Shown: in pieces, positions 9,362 to 18,234 of the stretch
Numbering within the stretch: the stretch's first letter is position 1
Layout: each line of letters begins with the position of its first letter
NCBI GenBank assembly: GCA_036620675.1
Contig: JAZHEE010000002.1
Source of the DNA: Rosenbergiella sp. YN46
Lineage (GTDB): Bacteria; Pseudomonadota; Gammaproteobacteria; Enterobacterales; Enterobacteriaceae
Reading direction: 5' to 3' (one strand)
Length of the DNA stretch: 32,000 bases
Notes under the pieces: generated by a model
Database searches by the model: none
The model's input: the letters and a program-made list of their open reading frames with translations, nothing else
Told to the model about the DNA's origin: nothing
Made by a program: the position numbers and the translations under genes

Positions 9362-11194
9362 GTGAATGATGTTTTTGACGCAAAAGCGTTCCTGAAGACC
9401 GTCACCAGTAAACCTGGTGTATATCGTATGTATGATGGCCAGGGTACGGTCATCTATGTCGGTAAGGCCAAGGATCTGAAAAAGCGGCTGGCGAGCTATT
9501 TTCGTTCGAACCTTGCCAGCCGCAAAACCGAAGCGCTGGTAGCTCAGATCCGCCAGATTGACGTTACAGTAACCCATACCGAAACCGAGGCGCTGCTGCT
9601 GGAGCACAATTATATTAAGCTCTATCAGCCGCGCTATAACGTGCTGTTGCGCGACGATAAATCCTATCCTTTTATTTTTCTGAGCGGTGATACCCATCCG
9701 CGCCTTGCTATCCACCGCGGGGCAAAGCATGCCAAAGGGGAGTATTTCGGACCATTTCCCAATGGTTACGCGGTGCGTGAAACCTTGGCGTTGCTACAGA
9801 AAATTTTCCCCGTTCGCCAGTGTGAAAACAGCGTCTATCGTAACCGCTCCCGCCCCTGTCTTCAGTACCAGATCGGTCGCTGCCTTGGCCCCTGCGTCGC
9901 AGGGCTGGTGAGCGAAGAGGAGTACGCGCGCCAGGTTGAATATGTGCGTTTGTTCCTTTCCGGTAAAGACGATCAGGTGCTGAACCGCCTGGTGGCGCGG
10001 ATGGAACAGGCCAGTCAGAAGCTGGAATTTGAAGAGGCGGCGCGGCTGCGCGATCAGATTCAGGCTGTGCGTCGGGTCACTGAGAAGCAGTTCGTTTCTA
10101 ACAGCGGTGACGATCTGGATGTGATCGGCGTGGCTTTTGACGCAGGCATGGCCTGTGTGCACGTGCTGTTTATTCGCCAGGGTAAGGTGCTGGGTAGCCG
10201 CAGCTACTTCCCGAAAGTGCCGGGCGGTACCGATCTTTGTGAAGTGGTCGAAACCTTTGTCGGCCAGTTCTACCTGCAGGGGAGCCAGATGCGCACCCTG
10301 CCGGGCGAGATCCTGCTGGATTTCGCGCTGCAGGATAAGAGCCTGCTGGAAAACTCCCTGAGCGAACTGGCGGGGCGCCATATCCATCTGCAAACCCGAC
10401 CGCGAGGCGCCCGGGCGCGCTATCTGAAGCTGGCGCGTACTAACGCTGCCACGGCGCTGGTCAGCCGCCTGGCTCAGCAGTCCACCATCACTCAACGTCT
10501 GACCGCGCTGGCGCAGGTACTCAGGCTTGCGAAAATTAACCGGATGGAGTGCTTCGACATCAGTCACACTATGGGGGAACAGACCGTGGCTTCCTGCGTG
10601 GTGTTTGACTCTAACGGCCCGCTGCGCTCCGAATATCGGCGCTATAACATTGCCGGTATTACCCCGGGGGACGATTACGCGGCTATGAACCAGGTGCTGT
10701 GCCGCCGCTATGGTAAAGCCATTGAGCAGAGCAAAATCCCGGATGTAATTTTGATTGACGGCGGTAAAGGACAGTTGGCCCAGGCCAAAGAGGTCTTCGC
10801 CAGCCTGGACGTGGAGTGGGATAAAGACCGCCCGCTGTTACTGGGGGTCGCCAAAGGGAGCGATCGTAAAGCGGGGCTGGAGACACTGTTCCTGGAACCG
10901 GAAGGGGAGGGATTTGCTCTGCCGCCAGATTCGCCGGCGCTGCATGTTATTCAGCATATTCGCGACGAGTCCCATAACCACGCTATTTCCGGGCATCGTA
11001 AAAAGCGGGCTAAGGTCAAGAACACCAGCTCGCTGGAGTCTATTGAAGGGATAGGCCCTAAGCGGCGCCAGATGTTGCTTAAATATATGGGCGGATTGCA
11101 ACCCCTGAAGAATGCCAGCATTGAAGAAATCGCAAAAGTGCCGGGGATCTCGCAGGGACTGGCAGAAAAGATCTACTACTCGTTGAAACATTAA
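9362..11194 (+). CDS. uvrC: Excinuclease ABC subunit C
   Basis: 610 aa with a GTG start 1 nt after the uvrY stop. Similarity to E. coli UvrC is very high along its full length (GIY-YIG N-terminus, C-terminal HhH). Confidence 0.97.
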   Translation: MNDVFDAKAFLKTVTSKPGVYRMYDGQGTVIYVGKAKDLKKRLASYFRSNLASRKTEALVAQIRQIDVTVTHTETEALLLEHNYIKLYQPRYNVLLRDDKSYPFIFLSGDTHPRLAIHRGAKHAKGEYFGPFPNGYAVRETLALLQKIFPVRQCENSVYRNRSRPCLQYQIGRCLGPCVAGLVSEEEYARQVEYVRLFLSGKDDQVLNRLVARMEQASQKLEFEEAARLRDQIQAVRRVTEKQFVSNSGDDLDVIGVAFDAGMACVHVLFIRQGKVLGSRSYFPKVPGGTDLCEVVETFVGQFYLQGSQMRTLPGEILLDFALQDKSLLENSLSELAGRHIHLQTRPRGARARYLKLARTNAATALVSRLAQQSTITQRLTALAQVLRLAKINRMECFDISHTMGEQTVASCVVFDSNGPLRSEYRRYNIAGITPGDDYAAMNQVLCRRYGKAIEQSKIPDVILIDGGKGQLAQAKEVFASLDVEWDKDRPLLLGVAKGSDRKAGLETLFLEPEGEGFALPPDSPALHVIQHIRDESHNHAISGHRKKRAKVKNTSSLESIEGIGPKRRQMLLKYMGGLQPLKNASIEEIAKVPGISQGLAEKIYYSLKH

Positions 11195-11252
11195 GGGCTA
11201 TGTAGCAACATAGAGACAATTTCCCCCTGACGACAGATAGTTATCCGGCATT

Positions 11253-11801
11253 ATGCAATTTAATATACCAACCCTGCTTACGCTGTTTCGTGTTGTCCTG
11301 ATTCCGTTCTTTGTGCTGGCATTCTATCTGCCATTCCACTGGGCGCCATTTCTGTGCGCGTTTATCTTCTGCCTGGCAGCGGTGACGGACTGGTTTGATG
11401 GCTTTCTGGCCAGGCGCTGGAATCAGAGCACTCGTTTCGGTGCCTTCCTCGACCCGGTCGCCGATAAGGTGATGGTTGCGATAGCCCTGGTGCTGGTGGT
11501 GGAGCACTACCACAGTTGGTGGATGACGCTGCCGGCCGCAACCATGATTGCCCGTGAGATTATCATCTCCGCGCTGCGTGAGTGGATGGCGGAAATCGGC
11601 AAGCGTAGCAGCGTGGCGGTTTCATGGATAGGCAAAGTGAAAACCACGGCACAGATGTTGGCGCTAATCGGTATGCTGTGGCGGCCGAATATCTGGATTG
11701 AGTACGCCGGTATTACGCTGTTTTTCGTTGCCGCATTGCTGACATTCTGGTCAATGTTCCAGTATTTGAACGCCGCGCGCGGCGATTTGCTTGAAGGATG
11801 A
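11253..11801 (+). CDS. pgsA: CDP-diacylglycerol--glycerol-3-phosphate 3-phosphatidyltransferase
   Basis: 182 aa. [14 protein letters not shown]...[27 protein letters not shown] matches E. coli PgsA. Confidence 0.97.
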   Translation: MQFNIPTLLTLFRVVLIPFFVLAFYLPFHWAPFLCAFIFCLAAVTDWFDGFLARRWNQSTRFGAFLDPVADKVMVAIALVLVVEHYHSWWMTLPAATMIAREIIISALREWMAEIGKRSSVAVSWIGKVKTTAQMLALIGMLWRPNIWIEYAGITLFFVAALLTFWSMFQYLNAARGDLLEG

Positions 11802-11851
11802 TCTATCCGCTGTAAAATTCAGCAAACGAGTCGGCGAGAGGGAAAATTTCG

Positions 11852-11879
11852 TTGACTCATTGCGTGAGGTAAGTAGAAT
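11852..11879 (+). promoter_or_regulatory. Sigma70-type promoter of the glyW-cysT-leuZ tRNA operon
   Basis: TTGACT (11852-11857), 16-nt spacer, TAGAAT (11874-11879), about 80 nt upstream of tRNA-Gly. Confidence 0.6.
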
Positions 11880-11957
11880 GCAACGCATCGAACGGCAGCA
11901 CGGTTCGCCAGACGATAGTGAAATCAAGTAATTAACCAGCGTTAACTACCTGATGAT

Positions 11958-12033
<76 letters not shown>

Positions 12034-12075
12034 GTTTTCAGCATCGGCCCTTACGGCGGGTGCCAAAAAGAATTT

Positions 12076-12149
12076 GGCGCGTTAACAAAGCGGTTATGTA
12101 GCGGATTGCAAATCCGTCTAGTCCGGTTCGACTCCGGAACGCGCCTCCA
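12076..12149 (+). tRNA. cysT: tRNA-Cys (anticodon GCA)
   Basis: 74 nt, GGCGCGTTAACAAAGCGG...GATTGCAAATC...GGTTCGACTCCGGAACGCGCCTCCA. Confidence 0.95.
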
Positions 12150-12161
12150 CTTTTTCCCCGA

Positions 12162-12247
12162 GCCCGGATGGTGGAATCGGTAGACACAAGGGATTTAAAA
12201 TCCCTCGGCCTTTGGCTGTGCGGGTTCAAGTCCCGCTCCGGGTACCA
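12162..12247 (+). tRNA. leuZ: tRNA-Leu (anticodon UAA), long variable arm
   Basis: 86 nt, GCCCGGATGGTGGAATCGGTAGACAC...GATTTAAAATC...GGTTCAAGTCCCGCTCCGGGTACCA. Close to E. coli leuZ. Confidence 0.95.
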
Positions 12248-12288
12248 GCGGGAAAAACGCATAAAATCAATGATAAGCAGTGTCGTGC

Positions 12289-12313
12289 AAAACCACCTTC
12301 GGGTGGTTTTTTT
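12289..12313 (+). terminator. Rho-independent terminator of the tRNA operon
   Basis: ACCACC-TTCG-GGTGGT hairpin followed by a T7 run. Confidence 0.85.
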
Positions 12314-12332
12314 GTGTCTGTCGTTTGCAGAG

Positions 12333-12361
12333 TGGCAGCAAAATGGCAGCAGCATGGCAGC
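12333..12361. repeat. Three direct TGGCAGC repeats at exact 11-bp spacing (candidate integrase arm-type sites)
   Basis: TGGCAGC at 12333, 12344 and 12355, lying between the tRNA terminator and the 3' end of int. Confidence 0.4.
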
Positions 12362-12379
12362 GTTGCTTTTTGCTGTCCG

Positions 12380-13387
12380 CTATTTTGCCTCTTCGCGGTT
12401 ATCAAAGGGATTAAGCGCTATAGCTGCATCCAGGTGGTTAGGGGCAAAGTGAGCGTACCGCATGGTCATCATGATGGTGCTATGCCCGAGTATCTGTTGC
12501 AGCACCAGAATATTGCCGCCACGCATCATAAAGTGACTGGCAAACGTATGACGCAGTACGTGGGTACGCTGTCCCTTTGGTAGTTCAATTCCAGCCCTCT
12601 TGAGTGCGGCCTTGAACGCTTCATAAGCAGGGGAGAACAGCGCCCCACGCTTTTTGGGTAACAGCTTTTGCAACTGATCGGAAATGGGTACGGTACGGTT
12701 CTTTTTGCTTTTGGTCTGGGTAAAGGTTATCCGCCCGGGCAGTACCTGGGATTGTTTCAGATCCTGAGCCTCACTCCATCGCGCGCCGGTCGCCAGGCAA
12801 ATCCTCACGATAGTACCCAGGCCTTTGTTGGCCGACTGATCACAGGCTGCAAGCAGTCGGTCAATTTCCTCTTCATAGAGAAAAGCCAGTTCCTGATCGC
12901 CTTCCTTGAACTGCCTGATCCCCGAAAGCGGGTTATCGCCTTCCCACTCTCCCAGCCGCTTCATTTCCGAAAAGACAGCGTGTAAATAAGACTGCTCGCG
13001 ATTTACGGTGGCTTCGCTAAGCTTCTTCTTTCCCTTCTGATTCCATTCACCGCTTAAGCGCCTTTCCCTGTAAACGGCAAAGGTATTTTTATCAAAATGA
13101 GTAGCAAGCGGATCCCCCAGGCGCTCGCAGATGGCAAGCAACTTCGTTTTTCTTTCTTTACCAGAAGACAGCGTTTTGCCGTGCATTTCATACCAGCGAT
13201 CAACAAATGCGGAGAGCGTTACCGCGTTATCGTTAACCGCCTGGCTGGATGCATTATTCATGGTACGGCGCTCGAAGGAGAGCGCCTCGCTTTTAGTAGC
13301 AAACTGCCTGCGTATACGCTTCCCATCGCGGCCATAGGGGAAGCACTGGCAAAGCCATTTACCTGATGGAAGTTTACGGACGGTCAT
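12380..13387 (-). CDS. int: Tyrosine integrase, P2/186 family
   Basis: 335 aa. MTVRKLPSGKWLCQCFPYGRDGKRIRRQFATKSEALSFE... and the C-terminal HVLRHTFASHFMM.GGNILVLQ..LGH....MTMRYAHFAP are colinear with coliphage 186 Int as I recall it. Confidence 0.93.
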   Translation of the reverse strand: MTVRKLPSGKWLCQCFPYGRDGKRIRRQFATKSEALSFERRTMNNASSQAVNDNAVTLSAFVDRWYEMHGKTLSSGKERKTKLLAICERLGDPLATHFDKNTFAVYRERRLSGEWNQKGKKKLSEATVNREQSYLHAVFSEMKRLGEWEGDNPLSGIRQFKEGDQELAFLYEEEIDRLLAACDQSANKGLGTIVRICLATGARWSEAQDLKQSQVLPGRITFTQTKSKKNRTVPISDQLQKLLPKKRGALFSPAYEAFKAALKRAGIELPKGQRTHVLRHTFASHFMMRGGNILVLQQILGHSTIMMTMRYAHFAPNHLDAAIALNPFDNREEAK

Positions 13388-13391
13388 AATT

Positions 13392-13733
13392 CTATTTGTC
13401 GCATAAAGCTAAAGCTGCGTTGGTAACATCGCTTAGGCTCTTTTTTAAACCTTTCGTTTTTTCGTCACTAAGCCAAAACTTATTATCGTTATCAAGTGGT
13501 AGAGCACCGAAAGAACGGCCATTAATACGCGCTGCGCCAGTAAGTGCGTATAGCTTGTTATCATCGAAATTCATCACGTAAGCGTTACCATCAAGACACT
13601 GTAACTGAACTTCATCAGCATTAAAGGGCCATACCCCTTTAAAACTTTCTTTTTCGATAGATTGAAATGGCATAGCGGATACTGTGGTAGAGATAAAGAG
13701 AGTTGATAAGGCAGCCAGTAATTTATGCTTCAT
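13392..13733 (-). CDS. Secreted YebY-like (DUF2511-like) protein, prophage cargo
   Basis: 113 aa with a signal peptide (MKHKLLAALSTLFISTTVSA). The pattern W.FN..EV.L.C...NA.YV.N ... LC at the C-terminus resembles E. coli YebY. GC is lower than the flanks. Confidence 0.65.
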   Translation of the reverse strand: MKHKLLAALSTLFISTTVSAMPFQSIEKESFKGVWPFNADEVQLQCLDGNAYVMNFDDNKLYALTGAARINGRSFGALPLDNDNKFWLSDEKTKGLKKSLSDVTNAALALCDK

Positions 13734-13761
13734 ATATGTAATTCCTTTTTAAGTTTATTAA

Positions 13762-14391
13762 TTAAAAAACAAGGGCACCTACAACAAAACCTACAGCGAA
13801 AATAAATCCGAACTCTTTGGGGTGCGCCCGCAGTAGTTCAACAATGTTGAGTCGTTCTGATGTGGGATTGCGAGGAGGTTGGTGTGTTTCCTGCGACGGT
13901 TGATCCAACCAGGATAGTGCAAGCTGAAGCTGGTTTCTGGTCAGATCGTTCAGTCTGCCTGTCCCAAAATTGATATGACAGTATCGGATCAGTTTTTGCC
14001 GGATGTCGTTGTCTTCGCTATTGCGGAGAAGAAGGCTCACCAGTGCCTTGCTGGCGTCTTTTTCCTTGCACCTGTCCAGTATGGCCTGAAGAAAGCTTAG
14101 GGCTGTCTGGTACTGGTTGACGGTCATATCCTCAATACTGGAAACGCCAACTTCTGCATGTACTTTTTGCCAGATGACAAACGCTTCATCGTTCCCGGCT
14201 TCTGCTATCGCAGCAACCAGGGCGTTGAGTTCTTTCCGCTGAGCCTTTACCAGCGGGCGTTTCTCTTCCTTCTCTGATGGAATGGCGATATTGACGGTAT
14301 GGCGCCCGTCAAAATGGTCTATCTGAACGCTATTTTCATGGAAGTCCTGACCCGCGATACGATTCTGCTCACCAGTAGAATTTACCGACAT
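13762..14391 (-). CDS. Hypothetical tail-anchored membrane protein co-oriented with the repressor
   Basis: 209-aa ORF starting 9 nt after the repressor stop. It has a single C-terminal hydrophobic helix (FGFIFAVGFVVGALVF) and two internal repeats of about 31 aa. I could not assign a family. Confidence 0.7.
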   Translation of the reverse strand: MSVNSTGEQNRIAGQDFHENSVQIDHFDGRHTVNIAIPSEKEEKRPLVKAQRKELNALVAAIAEAGNDEAFVIWQKVHAEVGVSSIEDMTVNQYQTALSFLQAILDRCKEKDASKALVSLLLRNSEDNDIRQKLIRYCHINFGTGRLNDLTRNQLQLALSWLDQPSQETHQPPRNPTSERLNIVELLRAHPKEFGFIFAVGFVVGALVF

Positions 14392-14399
14392 AAATCACC

Positions 14400-14786
14400 T
14401 TACTTCTTGTTTTCGTTGAAATCCCTGCCTGCTATGCGGTTGCCTGAGCCTGATACGTTGATTGAGTTTGATGCGGAGCTTCCGGCTGTAAGAGCAGCTA
14501 AAGCAGCAGCCTTAACTGCTAAAGGTGCTGACCTGTAAAGTTTAATTAATTCAATCTCATCATTGGTGATATCACCAATATCGGGGGTTCTTCTGCCGGT
14601 GAGAACATACAGTACATCCACCCCAGCATTAGCTAATGCTGTCAGATAGGCCCCGCCCGGTATTTTTTCGTCACGCTCATAAGTAGCTTGCGCCCCACGA
14701 GATCCCCCCGCTAATGCAGCAAAATCAGTTTGATTCAATCCCTTACGTGAACGCTCTTCTTTTAGTCTGCAACCTAAAGTAGTCAT
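14400..14786 (-). CDS. cI-like XRE-family HTH repressor
   Basis: I chose the ATG at 14786 (MTTLGCRLKEERSRKGLNQTDFAALAG... is a typical XRE HTH). The gene is divergent from the early operon, and no obvious SD precedes it, so the mRNA may be leaderless. Confidence 0.8.
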   Translation of the reverse strand: MTTLGCRLKEERSRKGLNQTDFAALAGGSRGAQATYERDEKIPGGAYLTALANAGVDVLYVLTGRRTPDIGDITNDEIELIKLYRSAPLAVKAAALAALTAGSSASNSINVSGSGNRIAGRDFNENKK

Positions 14787-14806
14787 TTTTATATAAAGTT
14801 GGTTTG

Positions 14807-14830
14807 CATTGACGCCTATAGCGGTCAATG
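14807..14830. promoter_or_regulatory. Candidate operator palindrome in the repressor/early-operon divergent region
   Basis: CATTGAC-N10-GTCAATG, a perfect 7-bp inverted repeat centred in the 84-bp intergenic region. Confidence 0.5.
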
Positions 14831-14870
14831 ATGTTTTCCACATACACTTAGCAGATCACAATATACCACT

Positions 14871-15083
14871 ATGACACAAGTACATCATGTTCAGCGGTCA
14901 CGTACCCCAAAAAACACCGTCGCGGGTGGCGCGCTTCCACTGCGGCTTTCTCCGGAGGAGCGCTCAACCATTGAGGCAATGGCAGAAGCTGAATGCCGTT
15001 CTGCATCCAATATGGCGCGTATCGTTTTCTTACGCGGGCTGGAGGTTATGCGGCCTGACCCGATTAACCAGACAGGTAATTAG
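14871..15083 (+). CDS. Ribbon-helix-helix (CopG/Arc-like) protein, possible Cro-analog
   Basis: 70 aa. LPLRLSPEERSTIEAMAEAECRSASNMARIVFLRGL fits the RHH beta-alpha-alpha pattern. It is the first gene divergent from the repressor. Confidence 0.55.
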   Translation: MTQVHHVQRSRTPKNTVAGGALPLRLSPEERSTIEAMAEAECRSASNMARIVFLRGLEVMRPDPINQTGN

Positions 15084-15169
15084 AAAAGCAGCGCTTACCA
15101 GGCCATCAATGAGAGTCTGTCTGCCTGAAGTGGATGAAAAAGTTAATGATATTTGCCTTGAGGTGAAAA

Positions 15170-15373
15170 ATGTCAGGTGTAACTATCAATTTAAATGTGG
15201 CGGCGCCTTATTTATCGCTAAAAGAGTATGCCAGAGTGACAGGGATACCCTTTAACACCTGCCGGGATATGGTGAAAGACGGACGGATAATTATTCGTCC
15301 TAAAGAACTGGCCGGAGGAAAGGTTGAGGTTAATATGGTTGCCATGCTCAAGGACGCTATAGCAAATAGCTAA
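15170..15373 (+). CDS. Apl/Cox-like small HTH protein (excisionase/regulator)
   Basis: 67 aa with SD GAGGTG. LSLKEYARVTGIPFNTCRDMVKDGRI resembles the excisionase-type HTH of P2/186 Cox/Apl, and the position is as in 186. Confidence 0.5.
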   Translation: MSGVTINLNVAAPYLSLKEYARVTGIPFNTCRDMVKDGRIIIRPKELAGGKVEVNMVAMLKDAIANS

Positions 15374-15386
15374 CGGAGAAAATATT

Positions 15387-15629
15387 ATGTTTAACCCGCT
15401 AAATAAAGATTACACGCTATCCATCAACCCCTTTTCTGATAGCAATACCTATGATGTGCCGACATATATCAAACCGGGCACTAAAGTGACGGTTGCTATT
15501 GATTCGCGAGAACAAGAAATAGCCATTCTTGCCGCCTACGATTACGGCATTGATGCGCTGAATAAAGAAGGGCGCGAAGAATTAAATCGTTTAATCGCTG
15601 ATCTGAAAGTGGCTATCACAGGGCGGTGA
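15387..15629 (+). CDS. Hypothetical phage early protein
   Basis: 80-aa ORF with GGAGAA upstream, tightly packed in the operon. Confidence 0.55.
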   Translation: MFNPLNKDYTLSINPFSDSNTYDVPTYIKPGTKVTVAIDSREQEIAILAAYDYGIDALNKEGREELNRLIADLKVAITGR

Positions 15630-15630
15630 C

Positions 15631-15834
15631 ATGAGTCAGTTAATACAGTTAAGTCGTCACTCGTATTTATATCGTGGTTTTACTATCCAGAAGTGTCCGC
15701 GCAATCCTTTTACGCTGACAAACTCTTACAGCATTTTTAGTAATGGGGATTATTACGGGCGCGACTTTGCATTGGCTGAGGCTATGCGGACGATTGACGG
15801 TATGCATAACAAAAGGGGGCGCTATGTACGATGA
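15631..15834 (+). CDS. Hypothetical phage early protein
   Basis: 67-aa ORF whose start lies 1 nt after the previous stop (TGACATG). Confidence 0.5.
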   Translation: MSQLIQLSRHSYLYRGFTIQKCPRNPFTLTNSYSIFSNGDYYGRDFALAEAMRTIDGMHNKRGRYVR

Positions 15835-16045
15835 AGGCCCATCACTGGCGAGCCTGCTAAAGCAAGGATGCCAGGTAACACACTTCAAAAATTCGCGTGG
15901 TTGGCTGGAAACGCCAGACGGGAGATTTTTTAAGCCCGAACCGGCGAAGGTTCAATTTATCAAGGGTAAAAATAAACCATTTATTTATACCCAAAGAATA
16001 AATAAAAGCTTCCTGCTTTCCTTTATTGAATTATTTAAAAAATAA
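15824..16045 (+). CDS. Hypothetical phage early protein
   Basis: Internal ATG at 15824 preceded by GGGGG and overlapping the previous gene's end. 73 aa and Lys-rich. Confidence 0.4.
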   Translation: MYDEGPSLASLLKQGCQVTHFKNSRGWLETPDGRFFKPEPAKVQFIKGKNKPFIYTQRINKSFLLSFIELFKK

Positions 16046-16140
16046 TTAAGTAATTCGGTTTTAAAAAATCAAATCTGTTTTATCCACCTCTTTATTGAGT
16101 GGTTGCGGTTCAGCTCATTCTTTTTATGAAGGTTTTCATT

Positions 16141-16344
16141 ATGACTAAGCGCGAACAATACAGCTTTATTCTCAACATTCTGTTGCCAGCCGTCGAGCGT
16201 GAGGGCATGACCATTAAAACCCGCCGCGATGGTGAATTAACTATCAGGCCAACCGATCCCGCCGTCGTCAATTTCATTAGCGAAATGCGTAGCAGCCTGG
16301 AGGCTGAGCTACAGCGCCCAATCATCAACACCGTTATCTACTGA
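16141..16344 (+). CDS. Hypothetical phage early protein
   Basis: Internal ATG at 16141. 67 aa, following an AT-rich spacer. Confidence 0.5.
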   Translation: MTKREQYSFILNILLPAVEREGMTIKTRRDGELTIRPTDPAVVNFISEMRSSLEAELQRPIINTVIY

Positions 16345-16354
16345 GGAAACCACC

Positions 16355-16933
16355 ATGAATCACCTGATGATCGATCTGGAAACTATGGGTACCGATGCCA
16401 GCGCGCCGATAGCGGCTATTGGCGCGGTGTTTTTTGAGCCGTCCACCGGACACACCGGCGCGCGCTTTTATGAGCGGGTTGATTTTGTGACGGATATCAG
16501 CATGGGGGCGGTGCCTGACGGTGAAACCATTAAATGGTGGTTAAAGCAGGGCAGTGAAGCCAGGGCCGAATTAGTGGCCGATGGCGCATTACGTATCTGG
16601 GATGCTCTGACGAAACTACGTGATTTTATTGAAGAGCACGCCCTACCCAATGACCTGGAGCTTTTGCAGGTGTGGGGGAATGGGGCGTCGTTTGACTGCG
16701 TTTTATTGCGCGCGGCCTATGGGCGTTGCGATCTCGAAGTTCCGTGGAAATGGTGGAACGATCGCGACGTTCGTACCGTTGTTGAAATGGGGCGTTCCGT
16801 AGGTATTGACCCGAAGCGTAATACAGCTTTTCGCGGCACTCGTCACAATGCGCTGAATGATGCTATCCACCAGGCTGCTTACGTATCGGAGATTTGGCAG
16901 CGCCTGGCGATGAATGGGGAGGACGTAATATGA
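16355..16933 (+). CDS. DnaQ-like 3'-5' exonuclease (phage type)
   Basis: 192 aa. MIDLETMG (Exo I DxE), WGNGASFD (Exo II) and HNALNDA (Exo III H..D) form the DEDDh pattern. This is the usual partner of dam in P2-like early regions. Confidence 0.8.
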   Translation: MNHLMIDLETMGTDASAPIAAIGAVFFEPSTGHTGARFYERVDFVTDISMGAVPDGETIKWWLKQGSEARAELVADGALRIWDALTKLRDFIEEHALPNDLELLQVWGNGASFDCVLLRAAYGRCDLEVPWKWWNDRDVRTVVEMGRSVGIDPKRNTAFRGTRHNALNDAIHQAAYVSEIWQRLAMNGEDVI

Positions 16934-17154
16934 TCCGCCCGTTCATCAAATGGCCTGGCGGCAAAAGCCGCGTGATGCCTGAACTGCTGCCGCACATGCC
17001 TAAAGCCGATTGCCTGATAGAACCCTTCGTTGGCGGTGCTGCGGTATTCCTCAATACAGATTATCGTCGCTACGTACTGGCAGATATCAATCCCGATCTG
17101 ATCCGCCTGTATCGCGAGGTTAAGAGCAACCCTGATTTGCTGACGCCCTTCTAA
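16930..17154 (+). pseudogene. dam: DNA adenine methylase (Dam), N-terminal ~70 codons only, truncated at the IS junction
   Basis: FIKWPGGKSRVMPELLPHMPK..CLIEPFVGGAAVFLNT...Y.LADINPDLI is colinear with the first quarter of E. coli Dam. The frame ends 3 nt before the IS110 transposase stop. Confidence 0.85.
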
Positions 17155-17157
17155 GAG

Positions 17158-18234
17158 TCAAGCCGTTATCGGGATGCTGTTGACCTGCCTGTTTTGATTT
17201 CGCAGTAATGTATAAACCTCGCGTGAGATATAGCGCTTCAGGCAGCGTATTGCTTCCATTTTTGTGTGTCCTTCGGCTACTCGCCTGGCGACATATTCCT
17301 TCGTCTTATCATCAGTTCGTAAACGTCCGATAGCGATGATGTGAAGTGCACTATTTGCAGCACGATCCCCACCCCGGTTAAGCCTGTAACGATTTGTTTT
17401 CCCAGATGATACGGGAACAGGGCTGACACCACACAATGCCGCAAAACCTGGTTCTGATCTTAATCGTTGGGGATTGTCTCCGGCAGTTATCAGCAATTGT
17501 GAAGCGCTTTCGTACCCAATAGCATTACGTTTGATCAGTTCAGGTGCCAGCTCATCGACAATTGCCGCAATCATGACATCTAAATCAGCGATTTCGTCAT
17601 GTAACTCAAGATAGCGTCTGGCAAGGGACTTCAATGAAATGCGATAGACGTTGGTAACATTGCGGTATTCACTGACATCAGGCCTCCAGGATCCCAGAGT
17701 CCTGATGAGCTGCATGCGTGTCATAGTTCTGAGCTGTTCGCGTAATTCATCCGGTGCAGAGATAATATTGGAATGGATAATCTGGAGAGCGACCCTGCGG
17801 GCTGATACCGCTGTTTTACGGCAAGTTTTTAACACCCTAAGAGACTCAATCATGCCATTGCGAGTTTTGGGGGTGACTGTTCTGATTCCGGAGAATGCGG
17901 CATGAGCAGCACATTCAGCATCAATCGTGTCACTTTTTCCCCGCTTGCGTCGTTCCATTCGGTCTGGCGCAGTTACTTCAAGGACTTCTAACCCGACATT
18001 CTGGAAATAGCGAAGCAGTCCGGAACCATAGGTGCCGGTGCACTCAACGCCAATTCGTTTTAACGCTCCAAACGACGCCATCCATGTCAGCATTTGGCGA
18101 TACCCTTGCCGTGTGGCGGAGAAATACTGGGTACCCAGGACTTTATTGTTTTGATCAACAACAGCGGCAACGTGCAGATCTTTATGTGTATCGACACCAC
18201 CAACAATGGCGGTTTCGGTAACGTTATTAGCCAT
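17158..18234 (-). CDS. IS110-family DEDD transposase/recombinase
   Basis: 358 aa. The N-terminus GGVDTHKDLHVAAV...IGVECTGTYG (RuvC-like DEDD) and the C-terminal IPGIG-less ...LCGVSPVPVSSGKTNRYRLNRGGDRAANSALH segment are typical of IS110 transposases. AGGAG lies 9 nt upstream. Confidence 0.9.
   Translation of the reverse strand: MANNVTETAIVGGVDTHKDLHVAAVVDQNNKVLGTQYFSATRQGYRQMLTWMASFGALKRIGVECTGTYGSGLLRYFQNVGLEVLEVTAPDRMERRKRGKSDTIDAECAAHAAFSGIRTVTPKTRNGMIESLRVLKTCRKTAVSARRVALQIIHSNIISAPDELREQLRTMTRMQLIRTLGSWRPDVSEYRNVTNVYRISLKSLARRYLELHDEIADLDVMIAAIVDELAPELIKRNAIGYESASQLLITAGDNPQRLRSEPGFAALCGVSPVPVSSGKTNRYRLNRGGDRAANSALHIIAIGRLRTDDKTKEYVARRVAEGHTKMEAIRCLKRYISREVYTLLRNQNRQVNSIPITA

Larger units (their letters stand above)
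12314..17154. mobile_element. Truncated P2/186-like prophage (left end only: int, lysogeny module, early operon up to dam)
   Basis: The 186-type integrase abuts the leuZ terminator. The gene order is int, cargo, cI-like repressor, then divergent RHH, Apl/Cox-like gene, small ORFs, exonuclease and dam. The replication gene and all morphogenesis genes are missing. Confidence 0.75.

Noticed and set aside
9287-11191. Antisense and off-frame ORFs within uvrY/uvrC (for example 9794-10567, 257 aa)
   Set aside because: uvrC is nearly identical to the E. coli protein along its full length, so these are shadow ORFs.
12038-12583. ORFs 11989-12183 +, 12038-12355 -, 12168-12452 + and 12212-12583 + spanning the tRNA genes and the integrase 3' end
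   Set aside because: They read through three canonical tRNA genes and a terminator, or lie antisense to int. They are not credible coding regions.
14887-15255. 122-aa ORF in an alternative frame overlapping the RHH gene and the next intergenic region
   Set aside because: It overlaps two better-supported small genes that have an RHH or HTH pattern and an SD. Its translation is Cys/Arg-rich and unstructured.
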